56,828 bases of DNA, filler included, from Jimgerdemannia flammicorona (GCA_003990765.1; 3 parts of 3 records of this genome joined end to end with filler, not necessarily neighbours in it); one strand, 5' to 3'; numbered from the whole stretch's first letter, positions 38,071 to 52,186 are shown. Made by a program: numbers and translations. Notes: generated by a model from the sequence alone, not told the origin.

Positions 38071-39607
38071 TGTCACATAGTGGTCGCTTATGCCAGATTC
38101 TCTTCAAGGTATATCTCTTAGACTAACTCAAGTTGTTATAAGCAAGTTCTTATTGGAGTGCCTTCCCAAGGTCTTATAGTCCTCAAACTTCTTATCTTTA
38201 ACTGTCTTGTTATCTCTTAGATTGCTTGCAAGGAAGTGTGTGTATTGCACTGAGAAGACTGACTTTATTTCAGAGTAAATAAGAGAGGTATTTATACAAA
38301 ATATAATTCAATGGTTGCTAAGATATAAAGCTAAATATAAATTCCAATAACTAAAACTACTAAGTTCCAGGGCTGGCATTATTTAGTATTACATCAAAAT
38401 ACCAGTACTGGAATAATTTCGCATCACCTCAGAATGCCAGTACTGGCATTATCCAGTGTTACATGAGAATACTGGTACTGGTATTATCCAGTATAACAAA
38501 GAACTTAGAGCAGAAAGTTCAGGACCATGGGAGCTTCATTCTCATCATCATCATCACTGAAGGAGATGAGATCTGCGAATTCGTCATGCAGGCCGCATGT
38601 CTCATGTACTTCATTGTTGTGCATTTCATATACTTCGTGTGCTTTGGGTATATTGCACAGGATGACATCATCGCCAATGATGTCATCATGTTTGGCTGTG
38701 GCAGGGAAATCAGGAACAAGGTCTGGAGCCCTCCAGTCTATGAGGTTCTCTTCCACAAAATAAGGAACAAATGTGGGGTCTTGGAGAGATCTAACCTGGA
38801 TGCTTGGGCCTTGGAATACTGAGATCAATTCTTACAGGAATTGATCTGGGTTGTCCTGGAGGATAGGGTGCCAGAAGTCTTCTACTTCTTCGCTGTTGAG
38901 GGTGATAGTGGACTGGGCTTCTGTAGCCACCCTGGCTTCTAGTGCATTGATATGGTAGGATGATAGGTCTCTGAAATCTGAGACTCTAACATACTCCAAG
39001 TTGGGGATCGACCATGGTGCATGCTTGAAGATCTGATGGATCTTCCTAGCTGTCCTTGTTTCATGTATATCCATAGGAGTGGTAACTTGTAGCTCTTGGA
39101 TACTGGCCTGTGGGAACTCCCAGCAGAGGAGGTTTCCTATTTCATACTCCTGCCACATTTGGAGGTATTTAGTAGCAATGGTGATCCTTGTTTCCATTTC
39201 ACAGTGGTAGAGGATAAAGTAATAAGAGTCTGCAATACCCAGATTGATGCTAGGAGTCCTTCTTGAGTGGGTCCTCATGACTCTTCTGATGTCTTGGAAT
39301 ATCCTTTCCTCAACCAAGATACCTTGGTGATTCCTTGACCTTGAGGTTTGGCAGGCAGCAGGCATTTTGTTTGTGGTAAGTCTTTGAGCTACTTTGGGAT
39401 TGGTGGTTCTTGTTGGTTGCTGCTACTGTAGTTCCTTGATCCTTCTTTTATATTCTTCAGGATGCTCATACTGTGATCACAATGACTCACAGTTGGTCAT
39501 CATTGCTCATCTCATATACTGTATGATCTTCTTGTGCTCTGATCTGGTGGCTTGTAAGGAAAGGCTGTCTCTTGTGCTGATGTCATCATTCTGGGGTCAT
39601 CGTTACA
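38071..39607 (-). mobile_element. 5' LTR (~1.54 kb) of a Gypsy element whose internal region runs left into the gap
   Basis: Minus-strand TGTAAC...GTGACA termini, PBS directly downstream, TATAAATACC at ~38290, second copy at 3613-5198. Confidence 0.88.
38832..39365 (-). CDS. Open 177-aa ORF encoded in LTR U3 (unknown function)
   Basis: ATG-initiated and uninterrupted. Homologous to 4429-4938, 46771-47757 and ~54380-54670 (motif YEIGxxL...ARKIHQIFKHxPW..L..V). Confidence 0.7.
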   Translation of the reverse strand: MPAACQTSRSRNHQGILVEERIFQDIRRVMRTHSRRTPSINLGIADSYYFILYHCEMETRITIATKYLQMWQEYEIGNLLCWEFPQASIQELQVTTPMDIHETRTARKIHQIFKHAPWSIPNLEYVRVSDFRDLSSYHINALEARVATEAQSTITLNSEEVEDFWHPILQDNPDQFL

Positions 39608-41260
39608 ATATATATAAAAAGTGACTTATAGGAAATATAGTCATAACTTAGCCACCTTATAGCTAATAAACTTGTATAAATATCCTCAGTATCTAGAGTA
39701 AATAAACCTCAGATTGAAATAGTTCAAAGTAAGGAGAAAGTAAGAGAACTAATAAGCCTATAGGCAGATATACTTCAAACTCACCCACTCCTATATCCTG
39801 AGAACTCTATAGAGTTAAAGAAGATTAATTTTTAAGATAAAGAAATCTGATATACTTACACAGTTATGCATCTACTATATTACAACTTAGTGATCATTAA
39901 CTAGTAATTTAAGATAAATCTCTTACTTTTAAGCTAAATAACAAATAACTGCTACCACCTAAATAACTATACAAATTGAATCAAGATATCTAGACAAGAT
40001 AGATATAAGACCACCAGTATTCTATGGATATACTTCAGATGAATCAATCATTACATTCATTGATGACTTTAAGCAATATACTACTATAAGGACTCTGATA
40101 GCAGGATAGCAAGTAGCTCTCATATCCTTCAGTCTCTGAGGACCATCAAGAGCAGTATTTATGGCTGCAACCTATATAAGAAATAATGATGATACCATGC
40201 TAGCAGCACAGAAGACCTAGCTCTAAACCACCTACTATACAGATAAGATCAAGCAAGCTCTGAAGAATTAGCTCAATATAATATATCAAGGAATGAGTAA
40301 GGATCTAAATACATTTTATACTAAAATCCAATATCAGATAATTCTTATCAATTATACTAATACTATCCAAGATCAGGTAGCTGAAGCAATCTTTATGAAA
40401 AGAGTTCATCCAGAGATAGCTATGGTCATCTGCTACATTCAGATAGCAAATAAGATATAGACTTACTGAGACAACCAAGAAGCAAGATTGAAAGATAACT
40501 GAGGCCAACAATATTTAAAAAGACTTTAGAGAAGAAAGTAAAGATAATTGTAAGATCTCTACCTATATAATCTATTAAATCAAAGATAGAATCTTTAAGG
40601 CTATCATTGACACTAAAGCAGGAGGATGACTCCTTAGCAAGAAAGCAGTAGACTGCCTAGGTTGGGAGGTTGAAGAAGCAATCAAATTGATATTTATTAC
40701 AGCAGATAGTATAAGAGCCACATCTCTAAAAAAGATCTAAGATATTTTCATCAAGTTCAGAGGGACAATAATCTTAGTAAATATGATCATAACTAACTAC
40801 CAACTATGTCATTCTCATTGGTAACCAGTGACTTTATAAAGCTAGAGCAATAATCAATCTAAATACTCAAAAGTTACAAATTATCTACTAAGATCAGAAG
40901 ATATAAATTCTCATCAATGTCAATAAAGAAGTACTATCTGAGATAGAGAAAGAAAAAAGTAAGCAAGAAAAAGCCTACATAGTGACTTCTCAGAAAAAGA
41001 AAAAAAAGTTAGATAGATCAGTAAAGAGGACTGGTACAAGAAGATTGTAGAAAGATACATATGTATTATAAGGAGTCTGCCTCTATAGAATCAAGATGTA
41101 CTGTATGGAGCATATTAATAATTACTACCAGTATACCAGTAGTATCAAGAAGATATATTATAAAAAAAGACAGAAGGCTCTCAAAAAGCAGGCAAGAGAA
41201 GATAAGGAGGAGGAAGAGGATAATGAATCACCAGTTCTCCTAGAAGACAGTGATGATGAA

Positions 41261-41673
41261 GAAATCAAGGTCAAGATTTAGAGGATCTACTCTGATACAG
41301 TTCTACCAGAATATAAGTTAGAGAATACAGCTGGAATGGATATCACTACTGCAGAAAAAACCATACTTGACCCCAGATAACTACCCTACTTACAACTAGT
41401 CTAGAGATGACTATTTCAAAGACTATATTGGAATCCTCAAGACAAGAAGTAGCCTGGCTAAGAGTGAGATTATAATTGAAGAAGAAGTCATTGATTCAGA
41501 TTACATTAGAGAGATACTACTCATTGCTAGAAACTATAACTCAATAATTCCATTTCTAATTAAGAAGAAGAACTGATTGGTACAGATATTAATTTTCCCA
41601 GTTCTGTAGCCAAAGATCATAGAAGTCAAGTTGGAGAAAACAGAAAGAGGAAAGAAAGGATTCAGATCTATAG
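41261..41673 (+). pseudogene. dUTPase domain within Gypsy pol
   Basis: Decayed versions of the five dUTPase motifs in order: TAGMDI, TRSSLA, VIDSDYIRE, *LVQIL, ERGKKGFRS. Confidence 0.85.
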
Positions 41674-41899
41674 AAAGAAGAGTATTTACTAGTACCAAAA
41701 TTACCAAACTGGATCACAAGAAGGAGGAAACTATAAATAAGTATAGCTATACTATTGGAGATATGTAAATTCCTACTCAAGAAGAAACTCAAGAAGATAT
41801 TTTACAAATTTGAGGATATCCTAGTTACAGACTTTAAAAATATTAAAAAAAAGACTCTATATTACTATTATGATATAGATATATAGAGGGGACACTGAA

Positions 41900-43571
41900 T
41901 CAATCTACCAAAAAGCAAAGCCAATACTGCTAGCCTACCATAAATAACTTAGAAAAAAAATCAAGTAGATGGAAGAAGCTGATATTATCAAAGAAGCCAG
42001 TAGTCCTTGGGCTTCACCAGTTGTACTAGCTCTGAAAAAAAGAAGTAAGCTAGGAGAATTCACCCCAAGACTTTATATAGATTACAGAAAGCTCAACCTA
42101 GCTATAAAGAAGAATTACCAGCCACTGCCCCTCATCAGTAATATCCTTGTAATCTTAGAAGACAAAGTATAGTACTATAGTATCTTGGACCTATATTTAG
42201 AATTCTATAAAATTAGCCTCATGGAAGCAGTAAGTGAGAAGTCAGCCTTCATCACTCTAGACAGAACTTATAAATACTATTCAGAATATATAATGTACTA
42301 ATAAGCTTCTAGTAAATGTTGAACAAAATCTTCTACTATAATATAAGAAGATAGATGATAGTTTATGTAGATGATATTATCATCTACAGCAAGATACTAA
42401 ATGAATATCTACAATACATCTAATAGATGATAAAGAAGCTAAAACAGTATAGCTTATATATCAAGTCAAAGAAGTATAAGTTTGTGATCATATTATCAAC
42501 TAAGATAGAATATATATAGACTTTTTCAAGATTCAAGCAGTAGTAGCATATCTAAGATCCATTATAGTTACTGAAGCCCAAGCCTTCATGGGGCTCACCC
42601 CTTACTACTACAGATTTATCAAAGAATTCTCTAACATTGTAGACCTAATCTATGAACTTAATAAGGATGTTAAGTTCTAATAGACTGATACAACAGAAAG
42701 TATTTGATGAACTCAAGATTAGGCTAACCCAAGCATCTATCCTCAGAAGACCTAATTGGACTCAAGAATTCATCCTGCAGACAGATGTAAGTGTATAAAG
42801 ACTAAGAGCAGTTCTGGTCTAGAAAAAAGACAAAGTAGAATATATAATTACATATCTCAGCCAAGGAACCCAAGGAGCTGAAAAAGAGTATGAATCCTAT
42901 AAGTTGGAATATCTTGTAATTATCTGGGCTATAGAGAAGTTTTACTACTATCTTATAGGAAGATACTTTACTATCCAGACAGACTATTCAGCTCTCATCT
43001 AACTACTGACCATCAGGCAACTCAAAGAAATCTATGTCAGATGGATTATAAAGTTACAAGCTTATGATATAACTATTGTATACTATTCCAGAAGAACTAA
43101 TACTAATTTAGACACCCTCTCACAGATACTCTAAAGGACTCTTAACTAGCAAATCAACTATAAATAAGAAACTCTACTACAGAATTATTACCTATGTATC
43201 TGGAACAGTAAAAGATGCCCCAATATCTGAAAGAATAGATACAATGATCATTAATAGAATATAGAAACAATTTGAGACTAATAGAGAAATACTAAAGAAA
43301 GAAGAGCTATTAGTCATATCCAAATATAAGAAAGAGCAAGCAATGAAATCAGTATATGAACTTGGCTATCTAAGAGGAAAAAATATATACAATAAAGCAA
43401 GAAGAACAATGTGGTGGTCAGGAATAGAGAAAGATATCAGGTGATTTGTCAAGGCCTATAATAAATACTAAAAACAGAAATAAGACCAATAAAATCAAAA
43501 CCCCAGATTAGCATATATACATAGAACCAGTACCCTTTGCACATATTTCAATGAATGTAATTGACTCTCTA
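41900..43571 (+). pseudogene. Gypsy RT, RNase H and integrase N-terminal remnant
   Basis: Motifs as above, then MWWSGIEKDI and PFAHISMNVIDSL, cut at 43571. Confidence 0.88.
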
Positions 43572-45084
43572 TATTATGAAAAAAAAAAAAATTTAATTCT
43601 TAGTATATTTATCAGAGATCAATGAATTCTAATATATATTTATAATAGTATTTTATAAACTCAAATATATTTTATAGACAGAAATATATATATATATATA
43701 AATTTGAACATTTACTATAGATACAAACTTTTTTATTAATAATAGATATATATGAACTCTTTAATATAAGTATGAACTTATATTCTATAGAGACAAACAG
43801 CTTGTAAACAATAGATAAATATAAGATAGAATTTCCAAAAAAGACTATTTTATTTCTTTTTTTATTTACAAACACTCTTACAAACATTTTTCTCTATAGA
43901 TACTTTTCTTTGACAAATACTTCCTTCTTCTACAAACAGTTCTTTCTACTATGTATCCTTCTCTATATTTTACTTATCTCTCTCTTGGATCAGATCATTC
44001 TTATTTAATGAAAGAGAAATATCAAAGATGTTGATCATCTCATCATCTTCATCTAAATCAATATCTTTGTCTAGATTATAAACTGTTTTTTCAATCTTAA
44101 GTAGATTAATGTGGTCATAAATCTTGTTGATCATTCTGAGCTATTTTATATATATTTTCTTATACTCTCTTTTATTGAAAGTTCTTGATAAGATATCAGG
44201 CCAAGTAATATAATTTAGGTATAATTATATAAAGAGATAAGTATATACTAAATAAATATATACTGGTAAATATAAATCTATAAACTTGAAAATATACTTA
44301 TAATATATGTATAAATAACAATAACTATATGATAGTTAATATGTTCATCTTTTTGAAACATATATATAAACCAAGGTTTCTATTTAAAGAATATGAAATA
44401 GAGTAGTTGCTTTATTTAATTACTATAGAATAGCTTATTGAGCTCACCTTTGTTATCCTTCAGATAATTAAAATTATTCTGAACTTATAAATATTATACT
44501 GCTTATTGGTGAGTATGAGCGAGATCTTTTAGAGTTATAGATCTTGGCTGTTCCATATCAGAGAAGATTTGATTGAACTTTTTGTCAAAGACTTTATAAA
44601 TGTGAGAATGGCAGACTGTAATCTGATGGTGTAGCTATTTTTTAATAAAAATAAAAATAATTAAGTTTGTGAACTACCAAATTAATATATGTATAAAAAA
44701 AATATAAATAAAATACTCACTATAGTATAAATTGAATCATCACTATCTTTGGCCTTTAAGTTTATATCTTTCAAAATTTTAATAATAATGTCTATTTTTA
44801 GATTACTATTATACTTTGAAAAAAGATCTTTAAGAAAAAGATAATGAAGAAGTATATCCTCTGTGAGCTTTCAGATCACTTCATTAATCTTATATTTTCA
44901 GTAGAGGTTGCTGATATCTATGGATTTGCTAAATTATGATAAGAAAATTCAATTTGTATTTACAAATAAACTATAATATACAAACTATAATTCACAAACT
45001 CATTTCTAAAAATAACTTATCCATTTCTTTTTCTGCCTTACTTAACTATCTGTCCTACATATCTAACTAAATAAGTCTCCACAT

Positions 45085-45190
45085 CATCATTCTGAAACAC
45101 CATATTGTCCAGAAGCACCTCATTATCCAGAAGTATGTATCTCATTGTCTGGAAGCACCTCTTTATCTAAAAGTATCTCATCATCCTGAA
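45085..45190. repeat. Degenerate 18-bp tandem repeat (cattgtccagaagcacct)
   Basis: About five imperfect units read directly. Confidence 0.6.
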
Positions 45191-46167
45191 TTATAAGCTC
45201 AAGTCATTCATTATCTCCACCTTATTCACTACTCCTACCTTATTTACCAACTCTGCCTTTATCTTAATCTTATATAGTCTTTCACCATTTGACTGCTCTC
45301 TTATAAAGTTAGAAGCTACAAACTTACTGATATTAATCTTGTCTGAACATAATGTAGTCTGCTTGATTTCATATATCTTTATAGTCTGGTATAGTCTATC
45401 TATAGTCTGCTCCTTAGTTTTGTATATCTTTATGGTCTGTAGCCTATCTGTAGTCTGCTGCTCCTTGGTTTTATGGAACTGATATAATTTATTTGTGGCT
45501 TGGTACATATTATTCACAGCTTGGTACTTATTGTTCATACTGGGATATATTTTCTTCATCTTAGGATATGATCTATTATCTTTAGACATAAAGAGATTAT
45601 GATAAGAAAGAGTAAGAAAATATATAATTCTTCTAGGTAAAGATCTCTTTTTATACCTATAATATTCATAATAGATATATATATTGTGGCATTGGTTATG
45701 TATAATGAACTTCGACTGCACGGCTCAATGTGTCTGCTCGGTGTAGCACGCGATGTATAATCTGAATACGTTAGTGACATTCGCGGGTCGATGGTCATGT
45801 GACGGGTTGTTTGATTCATGTAGTAATAATAGCGGGAGGTCATTCGACGATGGCTCAATTGTTTAGTGGATAAGGGGGGCGATTATGCTGGCTAAGTTTC
45901 CTGGCAGCAATTATGCTTATCCGTGGCGGATGATTAACCGAGGGACAATTTGGCAGGTCGATTCGAAGCAGCGACAGTCTTGGCTTTAAATGGTTCGTGG
46001 CGCAGTAGGTCGGGAATCAGAGAAGTGGAGGTTGACGGCTCGCTCGTCCATCTAACTTGTTAGCTTGAGGGTGGATTTACTGGGGTCCTTGGCAGTTGTT
46101 CTTGCTAGCTGGCGGGTCTTGTACTGGTATCCTTGAGTTCCTTGGCTTTTCGGGGTCTTGAATCTCG

Positions 46168-46224
46168 AATGGCAGTCTTGAATGGCAGTGGTTCTTGAAT
46201 GGCAGCGGTTCTTGAATGGCGGCA
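46168..46224. repeat. 17-bp tandem repeat gaatggcagcggttctt in the LTR
   Basis: About four imperfect units. Confidence 0.75.
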
Positions 46225-46770
46225 GTTCTTGAATGGCAGCAGTCGGGTAACGTTTTCTTTCTGTGGCAAGAGAAAATTCTTTAACTCAAACTTCTAAGCA
46301 ATCTGTTGCTCTAGGTCATTATCTTGTTCTCAGAATTTATCCAGTCTCTTGGAGGCAATGGTTTCTTTGTAATCCTTTTACTTTTAAACACAAACTGACT
46401 GAGGTTTATTCACTCTAAGAATATGGGTTATTTATACAAGTTTGCTAGCTATGGGCATGGCTAAGGTATACTACATTGTGGCAAACTTCGCTATGCTATT
46501 GGCTTGCACGATGCAAGGTGCAGGCTATTGTTTACTATAGATTGGGTTGTAGGAGATAGTAATGCTGAAAACGGGTGTGACAATTGTTTGCGCCGAATAG
46601 GGATAAGATGAGTGCTAGTGCTGGATATGGATGTTGTGGGTGGTAACGCTGGATTCGGACTTGCTGACAAAATGCTGAAAACGGTGGCACTGAATAGCAA
46701 CGCTGGATTCAGACTTGCTAACTTGCTGACATGAAGGCTGCACAATTCTCATGGCTGACAGGTGGTGCTT

Positions 46771-47757
46771 CTAGAGGAAATAGTACCCTTCATCCGTGGC
46801 GGGCAAATCTTGCTGGGTTAAGATTTCTTCTTTATCATACCTCTCCTCAAAAGGGGGAAGCACCGGCCAAGAGGTGAGGGGGTAGAAAAGTGGCCAGTCA
46901 TCTTCAACAACATTCTCCAACCCTTGAACAGCTTGAATGTGGACAGAGGACTGGTAGACTCTCTGTTGCTCCTCTTCTTCTTCTAAAGACTTGTCAGTTT
47001 CAGTATCAGAGGGGGTTTCTTCAGGGGCAGAGTCTTGGAGTTCTTGGGCTTCCTCTTTAAAGACAGGGACCTCTTGGGCTTCTTCTTGATTCGGTTCCCA
47101 AATGATGAGATGTGAATTGTGGCTAACAGGGTGGTGGGTGGTAGGGGTAGCTCCAACAGGTGCTTCTATAGTAATAGGCGGTCCTTCAAACATCTCTATA
47201 AGGCTCATTAGGTGACCTTGATGGTTGTCTCGGAGTGGGGTGGTGTGGAAACCTGGTTGAGTAGGTTCGGTTTGTTGGCTTCCTACAGCAACGCAGTTGC
47301 TGCCAGTAGAGTTGGCTACTTCAGATTCTATCCAGTCAGCATCTTCAGTTGAAAGGCAGGAAAGGCTGCCAGTCGTTACTCCTTGTAAGTGTGCTATGGC
47401 CCAGGGAATATGGCAGAAGATTTGGTGGACATAGAGGGCTCTCTTGATTAGCCAGCTAGTGGTTATCAATTCGGTAATGAGGCCTTCCCGGTCGTCTTCT
47501 TGAGTCTCATTGCGAAGGCAGTGTCCGATTTCATAGTCATACCAGAGGGTCATTCGTTCGGTAGTATCTTTGAGCTGTTGGGTCATTATATACCAGTAGT
47601 TGATGAAGTGTCCAAGGTCCTCAGTGTAGAAGTTCAAGTGTTTGGAAGTATCTGGGTGCCAGATGGCCTTCTTGATAGCTTCAAAGATCAGGGTCTTTGG
47701 GCCAGGCAAAGGGGTAGAGCGGTGGGAGGTCTGGTTGGTTCATTGAATGGAAGGCAT
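46771..47757 (-). pseudogene. LTR-U3 ORF (~328 codons) with one early nonsense codon
   Basis: In-frame ATG at 47757 (MPSIQ*TNQ, TGA at codon 6, likely from CGA), then >310 open codons. Contains DYEIGHCL...ALYVHQIFCHIPWAIAHLQGV and an acidic C-terminal extension. Confidence 0.75.
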
Positions 47758-48699
47758 TGTGTGGTGGGTACTTGGTTCTTTGGTGCTAATCCTTGAGGCG
47801 GAGTATGGTTCCTTAAATAATGTGGTCTTCATTTTGGCTTAGATCATCTTGTCTTCTTTTGGGATGATCACCTAATGGGTTAGGCTGTCTATTTGATTGT
47901 CACGCCATTATGTCATCTGATCTTAGTAGTCACCAGTACTCTATTGTCAATTGTGTATGTCACAATATATAGATATCAGAAAGTTTAATAAGTAAATGTA
48001 AAACTTACTTATATTTAATTAATATGATGATATAATGAGTTTGGTTAATATGATAAAGTGTAAGTATGTTAAACAAGTATATATTAAGCAAGCATACCAA
48101 GTAAGTACATTAAGAGCAAAAGTACAAAGCTAATCAGATAAAGAATTTAAAGAATTTTATTTTAGATCAGTGTATTTTATATTTATAAACTTACTATTAA
48201 AATTTATATTATTCTTTAAATCCTTTCCTACTTCAAACCTAATACTAATATGAAGCTTTCTTATTTATATTGTAACCTAAGTATATATCTGCCTTGAGAT
48301 TGACTCAATATATCTATAAGATACATAATATACTTATACAATATCAGAATAATAAGTTTATCTTTGAATTTCCGATTTATTAAGATTTTAGCAACTTTAA
48401 TATTATACTACTATTATCTATAAATTCATTCACAGTTTATGAGTTAACCTTGAATTCTACACATATTTCAAGTTTAAGCAATCTATGTAAATAAACTTGG
48501 AAGATTTCAGATAATCATACTAAGTATATATATAATTTAAGATAATATCAGCAATAATGACCTATCTTCAATTTAAGAATAGAAAAGCCCATTGTTTAGT
48601 AAAAATAATAATTCAATTCAAGAGAAAAGACAATTATTGAGAGAGAATAATAATTTAATTCAAAATTAGAGAAGCTCATTTACTATATTAGAGTTTAGT

Positions 48700-51600
48700 A
48701 AGAATTATATTATCCACAAACCAACTGATGGTCAGATTATCAATAGTAAGAAAGTACTTATACAGTATAATAAATTTATTTCTAAACTCAGATAGATATT
48801 TACAATTGATGCAAATAATTCTTTATATCCTTAGAAGAATGATAGAGAAATTTAGCTCATAAATCTATTGTTTTGAAGTGGAAATATATCTCAAAATATT
48901 GCAGATAAACTTCTTAATATATTTGTAGATAAAAGAATTTTAATGGCAAACAGGTCCCTTCAGTTTACAAACTCAAGAGAGATGATAAAACTTTTAAATA
49001 TAGTAGCCAAAAATGGAGTAGTACATAATTAAACAGTTAATGTTCCTGTTAAATTAATGAATATTCAGTAATTCTTTTTTTCAAATTAGCTCTTCAATTA
49101 TAAAGTTTTTAATATCACTCATATGTCTGAAACTTAGACTGGTAAATATGTACTATTTTATTGAGATTTACTTGCTGTTCTGTACAAGCTGATGTCAAAT
49201 ACTTTATTTAAAGACAATATAAAATTTAAAGTAGAGAAACACTATATGGCAGATAATTTATAAAAGTACTCTGAGATATATTAGAGTAATTTTTGGTAGC
49301 AAATATAGGTAAAATAATAATTAATTTTAAGTTTACAGATGATCAGTCAGTATACTTACTATTTGTAGACTATAATTCTTTTTTTAAACTATAGAAAAAA
49401 CTCTCACTTAGTGTAACAGTAATCTCAACATTACTTAAAATTAATAAAATACATTATGATCTACTTAGACATATCAAAATATATCTACTATATATTTCTA
49501 TTAGTATCTCTCTAAATATATTTGACAAACATACTTATGAAATGTATTCCCAATAATTGTATATTTTCTAATTATTGAAGAGACTCCCAAGAAGACCAAA
49601 AAAGACTTCTTTCATAAAGTGAAAGCAGTTCTATATCATAAATATATGTCATAGATACTTTACAGACTATCTATAGTAGGAAAAAAATAATATTTATAAT
49701 TATAAAATTGTTTAGATAAAAATTTTATTATTTGATAGCTGATTATGAATATATTTTATAGTAGTATTATTATATATAGACTAGATAGCAAACTTTGTGA
49801 TTACTATCCAGTAGTTATATCCTTTATGGTAAATTATCCAGAGATATATTTGATCTGCCTAATCTATACAAATTAAGCCTGCCCCAAATATATAGCCTCT
49901 TACTTATAATTTTCATATCTTAATAAGATATATTCTTTATGAATAGTTTCTGAGATATAGAGAGCAGTTGTAAATACACAGATTTATAATTCAAAAGGCA
50001 AATATAAAATAGTTGAGAAGAGTCTTCAAAAGTATAGATTGTGAAGACTAACTATATATATTAATTTTGCTTGTTTTCAAATAAATATTTTTTACTAACA
50101 ATTATATCATCTATCAACCAAACTCCAGAATATACTATGGGAACTACCTCTTATAAATATTTATTTAATAATTATGCCTTATATACTTCATCAAGTAAAA
50201 AAAGATATCTGGGAACATCTGGTCAATCTAACTCTTAATCTTATCAAGAGTTTGTTTAATATATATATAATAAATCTGCTTATACTAGAGCTAGATCTCT
50301 ATATTCAGCTTGTTCTTTAATATTCTGAGCTCAAAAAATTCTCTACTGGAATTTCAAATCTTAGTCAAATAACTATAACTGAATATCAATAACTGATGTA
50401 CATAAGTATTATATATATTACAGTGAGTTTATAAACTGTTTGTGAACTCTTTAACTAAAAAAAAAAATTCTTTTAAAAGATATTTCTCCTATATATAAGA
50501 GGGATTTTTAAATTACTTAGTATTGTCAAATACCTCATAATATTCATTGAGTGGTACTTCTATGCCTCATTATTAGTCTAGACTGAAAAAATACTTGCAG
50601 ATTAAAATATGCTATTATCTCAATTTAATGAACTAAAAGAACAGTTTACAGATATGTATCTCACTAAGTTTACTGAACTTTGAAAACCTCTACTCTCTAT
50701 AGCATATTTCTGAGTCAACTTGAACATTTAGTATATCAGATAATGCTGATACAGAGATAACTGAACATCAATATTATATAGAAGTTAAGATACCATATTG
50801 ACAAATAAATAAAAATGATCCTCTTCTCTAAGTTATCAAGTTTATAGAGTACTGAATAGTATTTGAGAACAAGCTTAATTATATTATAACCAGCAAGTTT
50901 ATAGATACTTTAAGCTCATCAATAATTAAGAAATACTAGTATCTGAGTACTAGTATCTCTGAAGATATACTCTATATTGATAAAGTTTCAAAAATATTTG
51001 GGCTATATGACCTTAAACTTATCACTCAGATATTTTTCCATAATCTCCAGTTTATATCTAGAAATGGATATTATCATCATATAAATAGGAAGAATCTTCC
51101 CAAACTTTTAAATTCAATAGTAAGTTATTTATACTAAGTTAGCCTATAAACTTTTTTTGTGATATTTCTAATATCTCTCCTTAATCTCTATAGATTAATA
51201 TCTTTACCACTTTATTAATTGGAGTTTATGACCTATTTACAGATACAAAATTAAGTTTGGCTATATTTTGCCAACTTGTTCACTGTAAGCAACAGTTCCA
51301 TGGAAGTCTACAATATGACTAGATAGTATTATATAATCTCACAGATAAGTAGTTTGAGATAAGATAAGATATAGACAAATATCTTTTTACTCAAGTTCAT
51401 TTTCTCTTCAAAATTGAGCAAGATCACTAAGTCCATTAACTTATATACTTAAAGTAGTACAATATAGTGGATATTGAGAATCTTAGGGCTAAAAATGTAG
51501 TCTCTTATAATTGTGAGACAGGAATGACTATCACTATATGAATTAAGCAGTTCAATATTGTATCTATAAATGTAATTATTCATATAGTACACATATGTAT

Positions 51601-51700
51601 AACTCTTGTTTGAGAAATGTAATTAAGTAAGAAAGAACTTAGTAAATAAATTGAATACATATTCTTTTTATTTGTATTTAGTAAATAAGTATATAGATTA
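48700..51700 (+). pseudogene. Plavaka-type transposase remnant, intron-containing
   Basis: ILHQVKKDIWEHLV (~50185), KKFSTGISNLSQIT, DNADTEITEHQY...VKIPY*QINK (~50740-50813). Boundaries approximate. Confidence 0.7.
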
Positions 51701-52186
51701 TATATCATATGAGAAACTTTTTTAAATATATATTTTATTTGTAAATATATAGTTAGACTAAATAGCCAAGTATACAGACTGAAAATACAATTATATAAAC
51801 TTAGTATTACTTATAATTGTGACTGATTTTTATTTGAAAAGTATGTAGTGATATTAGGAGTATGTATTTAATAGCAAATTATATATAATACAAGAGTTTA
51901 TAGATTATTAAAACCAAATCTTTATTGATATAAATTGAGATTTTTGTATATAATATTTGTGGTATTCATTATTCATAGTATTCATAATATAGTTCACAGA
52001 TTTATTATAGATATATTTCATATAGTAAATATATCTCATCTTTTTATATTTAAGTTAAATCTTATTTACTTACTACTTATAGATAGCAGATCTGGTTTGG
52101 TATTAGATGAGAAGTTATATTATAAATCTGATATACTTCTTTAACTATATTATTTCACTTTTGGTCTTCTTCTCTTCTAGTAAGAT

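Larger units (their letters stand above)
45685..47964 (-). mobile_element. Solo LTR (~2.28 kb) with U3 ORF
   Basis: TGTGGCA...TGTCACA termini with ATATAT on both flanks. Minus-strand TATAAATAACCC at ~46430. Retains more CpG than its host element. Confidence 0.82.
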
